A stretch of DNA of 53,214 nt, taken from the NCBI RefSeq assembly GCF_001194135.2, contig NC_068995.1, positions 38,160,235 through 38,213,448 of the forward strand, read 5' to 3'. The notes below the pieces were generated by a model. That model was given only the letters and a program-made list of their open reading frames with translations. It made no database searches and had not been told where the DNA came from. Made by a program: the position numbers and the translations under genes. This document shows, piece by piece, positions 1 to 11,069 of this stretch. The stretch comes from Octopus bimaculoides (Eukaryota). How positions within the stretch are numbered: position 1 is the stretch's first letter; every line of letters starts with the position of its first letter.

Positions 1-348
1 TATATATATATATATACATACATACATACATACATACATACGTAAACAGGTAATTATTTGCGCGTGTTCTTAGGTGTTCGTTGTGCTAGCTATATGAATT
101 ACCTAATCGTCGTTGGTTACTTTTGAGCATCATAATGTAGCACTCTCTGCCCCCATCTATTTTCCTCTTTCTCTCGCTAGTTATCTGTTTTTTTTCTTCT
201 TTGATTTTCTTGTTTTCTTTTCTCCGCTGTTTTGTTCCTCCTCTCCATGCTTAATATATTCTGATTTTTCCTTCTCTTTCTTTCACCTGTAACAACTAAC
301 TTGCATAAGCATACGCCAGGAGATTTTGTGCGCGTGCATGTGTGTGCG

Positions 349-416
<68 letters not shown>

Positions 417-1638
417 TGCATTTATATATGTATGTGTTGCTTATATATGCTTGCATATGTATGTAGCTATGTACATGCATCTGTATGTTTAGTGTATTTA
501 TGTATATTATAGATGGTTCGATATATATATATATATATATACTGCTAAATGTATATGTAATCCAACGTTGTGAATGTTTTTTTAAACGGATATAATTTTA
601 AATGTATTAATTGATTAATATTTTAGAAATAATTATTTACCCTGGGTATTCAGGATCTGTCCTTATTTATAAGCTACTTTTATTGGAGGTTATTTTCGGT
701 TTTATAAAATGATTTTATACCGAAATTTGTTCATTGCATGCAACCGGTTATTGTAAAGACCGTTACTTGAAAGAACCAATGGAACAAAGCTATTTTCAGA
801 AGTGCATTCGTTAAACTAACTGTATATGTTTGATTATTTTTGTTCCGTTCTAAACGAAACAGTCCGACGAACGGGAACGTGTAACTGAGTAATGGTTTTG
901 TGATATCTTTNNNNNNNNNNNNNNNNNNNNNNNNNNNNNNNNNNNNNNNNNNNNNNNNNNNNNNNNNNNNNNNNNNNNNNNNNNNNNNNNNNNNNNNNNN
1001 NNNNNNNNNNNNNNNNNNNNNNNNNNNNNNNNNNNNNNNNNNNNNNNNNNNNNNNNNNNNNNNNNNNNNNNNNNNNNNNNNNNNNNNNNNNNNNNNNNNN
1101 NNNNNNNNNNNNNNNNNNNNNNNNNNNNNNNNNNNNNNNNNNNNNNNNNNNNNNNNNNNNNNNNNNNNNNNNNNNNNNNNNNNNNNNNNNNNNNNNNNNN
1201 NNNNNNNNNNNNNNNNNNNNNNNNNNNNNNNNNNNNNNNNNNNNNNNNNNNNNNNNNNNNNNNNNNNNNNNNNNNNNNNNNNNNNNNNNNNNNNNNNNNN
1301 NNNNNNNNNNNNNNNNNNNNNNNNNNNNNNNNNNNNNNNNNNNNNNNNNNNNNNNNNNNNNNNNNNNNNNNNNNNNNNNNNNNNNNNNNNNNNNNNNNNN
1401 NNNNNNNNNNNNNNNNNNNNNNNNNNNNNNNNNNNNNNNNNNNNNNNNNNNNNNNNNNNNNNNNNNNNNNNNNNNNNNNNNNNNNNNNNNNNNNNNNNNN
1501 NNNNNNNNNNNNNNNNNNNNNNNNNNNNNNNNNNNNNNNNNNNNNNNNNNNNNNNNNNNNNNNNNNNNNNNNNNNNNNNNNNNNNNNNNNNNNNNNNNNN
1601 NNNNNNNNNNNAAGAGAGAGAGAGAGAGAGACAGAGAC

Positions 1639-1671
<33 letters not shown>

Positions 1672-1727
1672 GAGACAGAGAGATAGAGAAAGAGAAAGAG
1701 AGATACATATAATTATAGGTATATATA

Positions 1728-2800
1728 CTAGCAGAAACACCATTCATTGACTGGTTTGAAAGAAGATGCCAAAATTGTTCTTTGAAGATCGAAATTTATT
1801 CATTTACATTGTATTGAACATATTTAAGAACTGGTTAACTTTCATGCAGATGATAGAGCTGTTCTTTCTGGCCAGTATTATCATGGATAAATATAATCTA
1901 CTGATCTATGATCTCGAATATTTCCGTCTATAAAGGAAGTAAACATCGCACAGACTTTAGCTTCTGTCTAGTACAAGATGATTAAATAAAATAGTTTTTC
2001 TTAGACAAATATAGTGTGACGTTGACAATATCAATTCAAAGTTATTTATCATTCTGCAAATTTTAGGTTATTGATCTTATGGCAAAATCTTCCTTGTTGA
2101 CAATGTTTTGGATTTTACCAGAAGGGGAAATAATAAAAAAAATTGTTCTTGCTCTCCACTCTGGATGTCCCAGCATAATACTGATGGTGTGTAAAACAGT
2201 CCTCTTCTCATTGCAAACTAGCAACTTCCAACGTCTGACTCTAGGACCTCTTAATTGGTCATCGCAAAGACAGACGTATTAGAATCTGAAGTCATTTGAA
2301 CTCGAAGGGCATATTGAAAGGTAATAAATAAAAGCGAGGAATAAAGACACATACACCTTTTCCACAGCCAGACGTTATTGTGGCCTGTATGACATTCCTC
2401 GTGATAACGGGTCTTGTGCCAATGCACAGCTTTGGTTGAGACACGTTGCACAGAAGCATGATTTGAGAGCCTATTTTCATGGAAAGCAATGACGAGGAGC
2501 TCCTGGTGGCTGCAATGAGTTTAAGAACTTAACCGGGAATTTGACTATTTCATCCACAAGAGAGACTATAGATGTATATGTTTGTTTCCTGGTAAACGTT
2601 TCTCGAGTCTTTCATTAAATTATTCACAGTAACGTTCTTTCGTGCTATGACTGCTTTTTCGCATAGCCGAGTAGCATTTGTGTAATTCTCAACCGAGCGG
2701 ACTAAGTTGCAGATTTTTGATAGATTCAAGTCACCTTCATCATAGATATCTAGCCTTCCTTCTCTAAGTTGCAAAATGGTACGGGCAAATTGCTCCGAGA
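1728..2800 (-). mobile_element. Degenerate Helitron 3' part: PIF1-type helicase remnant plus CTAG terminus
   Basis: Minus-strand translation, with frameshifts and stops, gives [116 protein letters not shown] and SQTLEVASLQ*EEDCFTHHQYYAGTSRV. These match Helitron helicase motifs (FLNSLxPxGxPxH, LCNGTR, FAMTINKSQGQT, FSHGQLYVAxSRV). The minus strand ends ...CTGCTAG|T at 1731-1728. Confidence 0.85.
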
Positions 2801-3127
2801 GAAGCTTCTATATATTTAATATATCTCTTAATTCTGACATTTGTAAGCGGACTTTCTTCTGTCGGCTCAGTAATTGTGTGTAAACTGTACGTCCACCAGA
2901 CTGGCACCAACACCAAGTCAGAAAATGTTAATGAATCAAGAGGATCTAAAAATGAAATCGGGAAAATAGGAAACACAGATGAACCAAATATTGAGTCGAA
3001 ATATAAAATGCCTTCTAAGAAACGTCGAATAACATATATAAAGCTAGACAAAATATTATTGTTAGCAATTTTTTTGTTCCTTCTACTCTATATAGTTATT
3101 GCGTTATCATCAAAAGCTGTTTTGTAG
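2798..3127 (+). pseudogene. 3' fragment (M3, intracellular loop, M4) of a chemotactile-receptor-like Cys-loop channel gene (copy 1)
   Basis: Open frame REASIYLIYLLILTFVSGLSSVGSVIVCKLYVH...KIGNTDEPNIESK...RRITYIKLDKILLLAIFLFLLLYIVIALSSKAVL* aligns directly to the C-terminal third of the 11070-12218 gene. There is no extracellular domain or M1-M2 upstream; it abuts the Helitron remnant. Confidence 0.9.
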
Positions 3128-3864
3128 TGAGAAATGAGAGGGAAATTTGGAATATATTTCATTACATTTATTCTGCACGAGTTGAGCTGAAGGATTAACT
3201 CACATTTAAAATATAGAAGTAATCACATAGCATCTAATGAAGTACTTTTGGTAAGATAAGCTGAGTATTTCTTCATCACCTGATATATTTAATAAACACA
3301 TGAAATTGCAGTTTCCATTGCTTTGCGCACTTCTTAATGAATTTTAAAATTATCTTCTTAGATCACAGAATATTGTCCAACTACGGGCTGGAAAATTATG
3401 TCAGGCTAAATTACAAAACACATTTCACTTAAATCGAAAGAAATAATTGAACAGGAGTTAACTGAAATAATAAATGAGCCAAACAAATAGGCAAACCACT
3501 GAACACCAATTTACCATTTTATTGCACGTGAACTTGTGTATTTCTCCAGCATTCAGAAAATTTGATCGTATGGAGAATGCACTAAAAATGTCACATATTT
3601 GGTGATAATAAGAATTTATTGCTGGTCGTTTGGTTTGTTGACACCCGTTAAATATATCAGTTCATAGTGATTAAGATATTGTGTAAAGTGTTCACTTAAT
3701 TTCTTGCATTCCCTTTTGTCGTAGTATGAGAATATTTGCGATTAATGTGCCATTAAGTGTTCAAATAATTCATGGGCTACTCAAGAATGTCTACTGTCCT
3801 TTCGCAGTTGGTAATATTTCGGAATTCCTTAGGTATATTTGCAGCCAACGTACTTGGCAATACA

Positions 3865-3910
<46 letters not shown>

Positions 3911-4543
3911 CATTGATATATGTATGTGTAATTAGTCTCATGAATTTCGCACACTGATATTTTCACAGCCTTTGTTGATGAATTCAATTCTTTCTCTTCA
4001 GTCAAATCGATTACGTGGTAAATGAAAGACTGGAATTATATTGTCTCATTAATTAAATTACCGAGTGTAGATTTTACATGGCATATAAATTGACTAACAA
4101 GTCTATGACAGCTCGATTCCTTATCTGGATATTGTTTGAGCATATACACAATTTCTAAAATTAATCACATCGGTAAAAATTAATTCTTCACGAATGCTAC
4201 ACCATTTCATGATCCCCAAAAGTAATCTATATTTTGAACCAAAGTACTGCTTTTACCATCAATATCTATTTCATGTATCGCAATCATTGTGGCATGAAGT
4301 TTTAACTCTTTGAATCACATTCTTTACATTGCTTCATGCATACCAAATATCATAACAAATACTTTAGACTTGTGTCCTGCTAGTAAAAATTCGAATATCA
4401 CCTTATGTGAAATTGTAAATGAGTAGAACAAAAGCATTCTAAATATAACAGGGGAGGTGCAATATCACAACCAAGGTAACCTGAATGAACTGCTACCAAT
4501 ACAATTCATAATTTTACAATACTCCATTCTATGTGCCTCCACA

Positions 4544-5461
4544 CTTGGATTATCGTAGTATGAGGTTCATCTTCAATGGATAAAAGAGTAAACGTAAGAT
4601 GTACTTAATTACAGAATTTGCCGTACCCTAACGTACAAATATGTAACAGCGCTACAGGCAAATACAAATTTGATGAAGATACAGGAGTCACTCTAATAAG
4701 TGATGGAAGTGCTTCTGTATATATAGACAAAATTTTCAATACTTACTGCAAGGTTAACGTTAAGAAATATCCTTTTGATGAGCACGAATGCGATATACCT
4801 GTTTGATTTGAACACCAGATTAACACGGAAGAAACTTTAGTAATTTTGTGTACAATGTGACATATAATCCAACACATAATCAATAGCAGTACACATTTAA
4901 AGAAGAAGATATTGTAAAAGACAGCATCATAACAGTCGACGATAGATTTCAGAGCCAAAGAAAAATTACTAGTGCGAACATAGCCAAAATTATAACCCCG
5001 TTTATGCTAACGTTATTAATTGTATCTGTTTATGTATTGCCAGCTGTGTCTGGAGAGAAGGTTGCTACTTCAGTTACTGTTTTTCTAGCAAATGTTATTT
5101 TTCTTTTTGAAACTGAGAAAAAACTGGGTAATAATTCTCGTGAACCATCTTTATATTTATATTATCTCATAATTCTGACACTTGTGAGCGGACTTTCTTC
5201 TGTCGGCTCAATAATTGTGTGTAAACTGCACGTCCACCAGACTGGAGCCGACACGAATTCAGGAAGTGATCGAGAATCGAACAGATTGAAAATAAAATCG
5301 GGATTATAGGAAACACAAATGAACCAAATATTGAGTCGAAAGCTAAAACGCCTTTTAAAAAACGTCGAATGACATATCAGTAACTAGACAAATTGTTTTT
5401 GTTAGCAACTGCATTATTCGTAACACTGTATATCATTATAACTTCATCAAACTCTATATAG
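4544..5461 (+). pseudogene. 5'-truncated chemotactile-receptor-like pseudogene (copy 2)
   Basis: Clear nucleotide homology to the 11070-12218 gene from about codon 74 onward (PNVQICNS, YCKVNVKKYPFDEHECD, PAVSGEKV, LGNNSREPS, LDKLFLLAT). Lesions include TGG>TAG near 4556, Cys TGT>TGA at 4804-4806, frameshifts around 4590-4620, 4830-4970 and about 5295, and an in-frame TAA near 5381. Confidence 0.92.
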
Positions 5462-6082
5462 TAATGAGAAATGAGAGGTAAATTTGCAATATATATTTTT
5501 TTATATTCCAACTAGAGGCCTGAAACACACATCTCGGTAAATTACAAATCAAACACAATTAAAATAAAGCAAAGCGAATAATTGAACATAAGTGAGCTGA
5601 AACAGCAAATAATCCATAGCAAAGTGCAGACCATTGAACACACACCACTTCACAATTTTATTGCATTTGAATGAATGTGTTTATTTTTGCAGCATTATGA
5701 AAAACTTGTTATATGAGTGGATGCATTGAAAATCTCACATATTTGGTGATAACAGGAAAATTTATCATTGTTCATTTTGTTTGTTGACATATTACACAAC
5801 CACTATATATACAGTTTATTTCAATAATTATCAGTTCACAGTGTTAAAGACACTGTGTAAATTGTTCTTTTAATTTCTTTTATTCTCTTTGTATTTTGGA
5901 AGATCCCTTGTGTCACAATATATCCTATTTGCGAAGAATGTGACTTGAAAATTTCAAATAATTGATAAGAAACTGAAGCCCATCTACTGTCCTGTCGCAG
6001 TTTGGAATACTTCGCAATGGATTAGGCATATCTTGCAAGACACGTAATTGGCAACACACAAACACACACACACACACACACA

Positions 6083-6127
<45 letters not shown>

Positions 6128-6759
6128 NNNNNNNNNNATATCACACTGTCTTGGTTTTCTTGTTTCATTCAATTTAACACACACACACACACACACACAC
6201 ATTCAAAATGTAAACGATTTCATATGCTTATCTATGCTGGAAATGAAGAACTTTCTTTACAAAGTCTTTACTATTATATTCAAATTGCACCAGAAATTTC
6301 GTTCTTTGCACTCATTACTCGCTGTCAGCTAGCTGTCAGCTATGAATTACAAATTTTACGTGGATTAAAGCGTACAACTTCTGTCTCATGAATATCGCAT
6401 ACTGATTTTCCTGATGAATTCAATTCTTCCTTCAGCCAAAACGATTACATTTTAAATGAAAAATTGGGATAGTGTTGCGGATAAGATATATTTTCTAATT
6501 AAATAAACTATGAAATGCAGATTTTACATGGTGTATATATTGACTAATATATCTATGACTACCCAATACCTCATCTAGAGATAGTTTGAGGATATACACA
6601 CTTTCTAAAATTAACCACATCAGTAAAAATTAATTCTTTACGAATGTTACTCTTTTTCATGACACCCAAGAGTTATTTATATTTTACACCAAATTAATAT
6701 ATATATTTTGCGGCATTGCTGAATCTGATATGTATGTATTTAATATTATGTGATCGATC

Positions 6760-6885
6760 AGAAACCGGGTAGCTGGCACAATTGTTAACACACTGGATAA
6801 AATGCTTAGCTGTATTTCGTCCGTCTTTACGTTGCGCTGAAATCGACTTTGCCTTTCATTGTTTCTGGGGTTGCTTAAGAATTTA
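6760..6885 (+). mobile_element. Internally deleted SINE (family B)
   Basis: gctggcacaattgttaacacactggataaaatgcttagc...cgactttgcctttcat is homologous to the minus-strand copy at 46960-47092. Confidence 0.55.
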
Positions 6886-7520
6886 AAACTAATATTACAT
6901 GTTCAGTAACACTCAGTGGTAATATAAACAATAGAGGTGATTGTGTCAACATCTATGAAGTTATAAAGTAATAATGTGATCAAAAATTTATATATTTTTC
7001 TTCCACTATGTTTACACACACATATTGTAAACAGGCTTGAAATTAAAACAAAATATAAACTTTTGATTATTATAAAATGATAATTTTCATACTCACATAT
7101 AATTTGCAATAATTAATTTTGCATTTACGTTATATCAACTATTTACCTATTGTTATACTAATTTGATGTAAACTTCGAATGGTGTGTCATAAAGTATAAT
7201 GTATTTGAATTGTTATTGTGTTTGCTATTAGGAAATCTCATTAAAAACAATAAAATATCGTTATACATGAAATGCTATTTAAGTAGGACTATTCGTTCGT
7301 GGCTTACTAATTGATTTAAGCTATATAACGACCACTTATACTTTGTAATGAACTAATGTTATTCACGACACTTATAAAATACAACTAAAATGTTAACTAA
7401 CAAAGAACTGCCTACACGGTAGCTTACTAAGATATCCGATCTGGTATGCGCTCTTCTTTCTGCATTAGGTGATATATTTTGTGTAATTATCTTGTTATTC
7501 GAACTCTGTAATTGCAATGA

Positions 7521-7902
7521 TTTTATTTTGGCACTCCGTCGCTTGCGACGTCGAGGGTTCCAGTTGATCCGATCAACGGAACAACCTGCTCGTTAAATTA
7601 ACGTGCAAGTGGCTGAGAATTCCACAGACACGTGTACCCTTAACGTAGTTCTCGGGGATATTTAGCGTGACACGGTGTGACAAGGCTGGCCCTTTGAAAT
7701 ACAGGTACAGCAAAAACAAGAAGTAAGAGTGAGAGAAAGCTATGGCGAAAGAGTACAGCAGGGTTCGCCACCACCCTCTGCCGGAGCCTCGTGGTGCTTT
7801 AGGTGTTTTCGTTCAATAAACACTCACAACGCCCGGTCTGGGAATCGAAACCGCGATCCTATGACCGCGAGTTCGCTGCCCTAACCACTGGGCCATTGCG
7901 CC
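7521..7902 (-). mobile_element. tRNA-head SINE (family C)
   Basis: The minus strand begins GGCGCAATGGCCCAGTGGTTAGGG (A box) ... GGTTTCGATTCCC (B box). A highly similar second copy is at 46131-46506. Confidence 0.9.
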
Positions 7903-7965
7903 AAACTATAGCAATGGTAGGTAGTACACTAATACTATTACCCGTTATTTCCCAAAATATTTTAC

Positions 7966-8019
7966 AACTACAACAACAACAACAACAACAACAACAATAA
8001 TAATAATAATAATAATAAT
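7966..8019 (+). repeat. Compound (AAC)n-(AAT)n microsatellite
   Basis: Seen directly in the sequence. Confidence 0.95.
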
Positions 8020-8020
8020 T

Positions 8021-8205
8021 CTTGACAAGAACATGGAAAAAATAGAGGATGTAATATGGGTGGAGCACTCACAGAAAACAGCACTTCTCGGAACCGCTCG
8101 AATACTCCGGAAGGTGCTCGAAAAATAAGGGGTATTACCTTAGCTTATTGGTAGTGAACAGCTGACACCGTAGTACATCTCCAGCTTTAGTAGCTGAGCA
8201 AAGGC
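8021..8205 (+). mobile_element. 5'-truncated R4/Dong-like non-LTR retrotransposon 3' end inside a (TAA)n tract
   Basis: Translates KNMEKIEDVIWVEHSQKTALLGTARILRKVLEK*, the C-terminal QKxxLLGTARILRKVL motif of RLE-type elements. A short 3'UTR follows, and (AAT)n flanks both sides. Confidence 0.75.
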
Positions 8206-8683
8206 AATAATAATAATTCCATATCTTGTTAAAATAATATAAAAATAGATATATAATTACCTATATTTCATCTCTAGTCTTCGATAACGATCCAGTCTAG
8301 CTGACTCCAAATTACATCCTTTGCCACTCTACGGGCACTCTAACAGGTATGGTAGCTATAAATCTCATCTTACCCCTACTCACTAACTAAATTCTTAATG
8401 TATTACCACCCTTCTAACGGTCATTATTGCCTGTGTTTTGTTTTTCCCGTTCATGGTCAGATTCAGCTGACTGAAAGGTATATTCCGATTGCACTTTTGC
8501 AGTGTTCTATTGCTTCGAAATTATATGTATCATTTGATAAATACGGTTTTTTGCAATCATCTATAAAAAAAATGCGTGAGACGTCTGTGAAGGACTAACA
8601 TATCCATCGTCCGATATTTATTCATTTACTTATACATATACATATACATGTGCGTGTGTGCGTGCGCGCGCATATATACTTAT

Positions 8684-9000
8684 CTATAAAGGGTAAAGAT
8701 CCACTTCGGTCATGACTGCACCTAGAAATTCCCTCTCCGCGGCAGGCAGAAGTCCGGCCAAGATTGTTTATGGAAGACCAACAGTCACTCATACATATCA
8801 GCCTACCCTCTCCGTGTCACCAATGTTATCCAAGGGAAAAGTAAAGGCCGATAATGCTTGGTACTAATGAGATCGCAACTTATTTCTACAACTGAGTGAA
8901 ATCTAGCAACATGAAATAAGTAACATACAACCCTTCCTAGGAATCGAACTCACTACTTTATGATTGTGAGCCAAACGCTCTAATTACTGAGCCATATGCC
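8684..9000 (-). mobile_element. tRNA-head SINE (family D)
   Basis: The minus strand starts GGCATATGGCTCAGTAATTAGAGCGTTTGGCTCACAATC...AGTGAGTTCGATTCCTAGG (A/B boxes). A related fragment is near 51400-51470. Confidence 0.75.
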
Positions 9001-10448
9001 TACATATATGCATTCAAATATACTCTATATGCATATTTATTAATATTTGCATATTCGGTTATGATAAAAACCGACTGTGTTATAAAAAGGCGTTATGACT
9101 TTCCCCAAACACAACATAATAAAAACAATTTTACATTTATCTCATGTGTGACTCAATATTTTTGCTGAGTACACATTTATTATTTTCACACAAGAATGTT
9201 CTTGATGGTAAGTTCGAAGTTTCGGCCAGGTAAACCGTCGACGGACTAAGCAGTCCGATGATGGCTTAACTGGGCTAAACTTCGAAATCACTGACAGAAA
9301 TAATTCTTGTATGAAGATAATAGATATATATATTTATATATATAAGTAAGATTCAGTTGAATTAGGTGCTTAGATTGAGGCACCTTGTTAGGTGTGAATA
9401 ATATACACACACAGCTATATTTTATGAATATCAAACTTGGTAAATTAGTACCGGTCGCATGATGATATTCTAGCAGTGTATGTAGACAATTAGATATATG
9501 TGAGTGAAGAAATCTGCTCTGGAGGTATTCAGACATGTAAATTATATTAAGCATAAAGTTCATAATATTTACGAAGGGCATATTACTAGACAGGTGATTA
9601 AAATATATATAAATAACAGTTACTCATTTACACACACACATAGGGATGTATATATATATATATACATCCCTATGTGTGTGTNNNNNNNNNNNNNNNNNNN
9701 NNNNNNNNNNNNNNNNNNNNNNNNNNNNNNNNNNNNNNNNNNNNNNNNNNNNNNNNNNNNNNNNNNNNNNNNNNNNNNNNNNNNNNNNNNNNNNNNNNNN
9801 NNNNNNNNNNNNNNNNNNNNNNNNNNNNNNNNNNNNNNNNNNNNNNNNNNNNNNNNNNNNNNNNNNNNNNNNNNNNNNNNNNNNNNNNNNNNNNNNNNNN
9901 NNNNNNNNNNNNNNNNNNNNNNNNNNNNNNNNNNNNNNNNNNNNNNNNNNNNNNNNNNNNNNNNNNNNNNNNNNNNNNNNNNNNNNNNNNNNNNNNNNNN
10001 NNNNNNNNNNNNNNNNNNNNNNNNNNNNNNNNNNNNNNNNNNNNNNNNNNNNNNNNNNNNNNNNNNNNNNNNNNNNNNNNNNNNNNNNNNNNNNNNNNNN
10101 NNNNNNNNNNNNNNNNNNNNNNNNNNNNNNNNNNNNNNNNNNNNNNNNNNNNNNNNNNNNNNNNNNNNNNNNNNNNNNNNNNNNNNNNNNNNNNNNNNNN
10201 NNNNNNNNNNNNNNNNNNNNNNNNNNNNNNNNNNNNNNNNNNNNNNNNNNNNNNNNNNNNNNNNNNNNNNNNNNNNNNNNNNNNNNNNNNNNNNNNNNNN
10301 NNNNNNNNNNNNNNNNNNNNNNNNNNNNNNNNNNNNNNNNNNNNNNNNNNNNNNNNNNNNNNNNNNNNNNNNNNNNNNNNNNNNNNNNNNNNNNNNNNNN
10401 NNNNNNNNNNNNNNNNNNNNNNNNNNNNNNNNNNNNNNNNNNNNNNNN

Positions 10449-10480
<32 letters not shown>

Positions 10481-11069
10481 GTAAATGAAGAGAAAGAAAG
10501 GAACAGAGAAAAATGGAGGGTAGAACTCTACCCTCCATTTTTCTCTGTTCCTTTCTTTCAGCAATAGTCAGCCATAATTAAGTGAGTAAATAGACAGCAT
10601 ACATAAGGTTGAACTCACGCGTATATTCCTACATTGCTATTATGAACTGAACACAGCTGATAACCGGTGATATTCATGATATAGTCTGCTGTGTTTCTGC
10701 AGCACTTTTTATTTGTATATCACGAAATATCGTATGGATCAGTGACTATTATATAAAAAACAAGGTATTTCCAATCGCTTAAATTTTAGATGTTGTTGCA
10801 TATGTCTATTTAAAAAAACATATTACACTCATAAACATAAAATACGTACATCATACATGCACAAACTCTCACACACACACACATATATAAATATATACGT
10901 TAAGTTTGCTAGAATTATACTGACAATTGGCAATTACTTTGAAGTATTTGTTGAGGTTTCCTCGTATATTTCGTGCATATTGAATCTTTTACAAAAGCTC
11001 AGTATATATTTCAAGCCACAGACTTCTGTAAAAGTAACGCGAGCGATATTTTCTCTTTTTATTTACATT

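Noticed and set aside
2805-2900. Apparent mosaic similarity of copy 1 to copies 2 and 3 (gene conversion)
   Set aside because: The stretch shared with copy 3 is partly shared with distant copy 4, so it is likely ancestral. Copy-2-specific decay explains the pattern.
7830-7902. tRNA-like sequences here and at the heads of other repeats
   Set aside because: They are SINE heads that continue into shared SINE bodies, not stand-alone tRNA genes.
10857-11069. 71-aa N-terminal extension of the copy 3 ORF
   Set aside because: It includes a CA repeat, has no counterpart in copy 4, and would displace the signal peptide. ATG 11070 is the likelier start.
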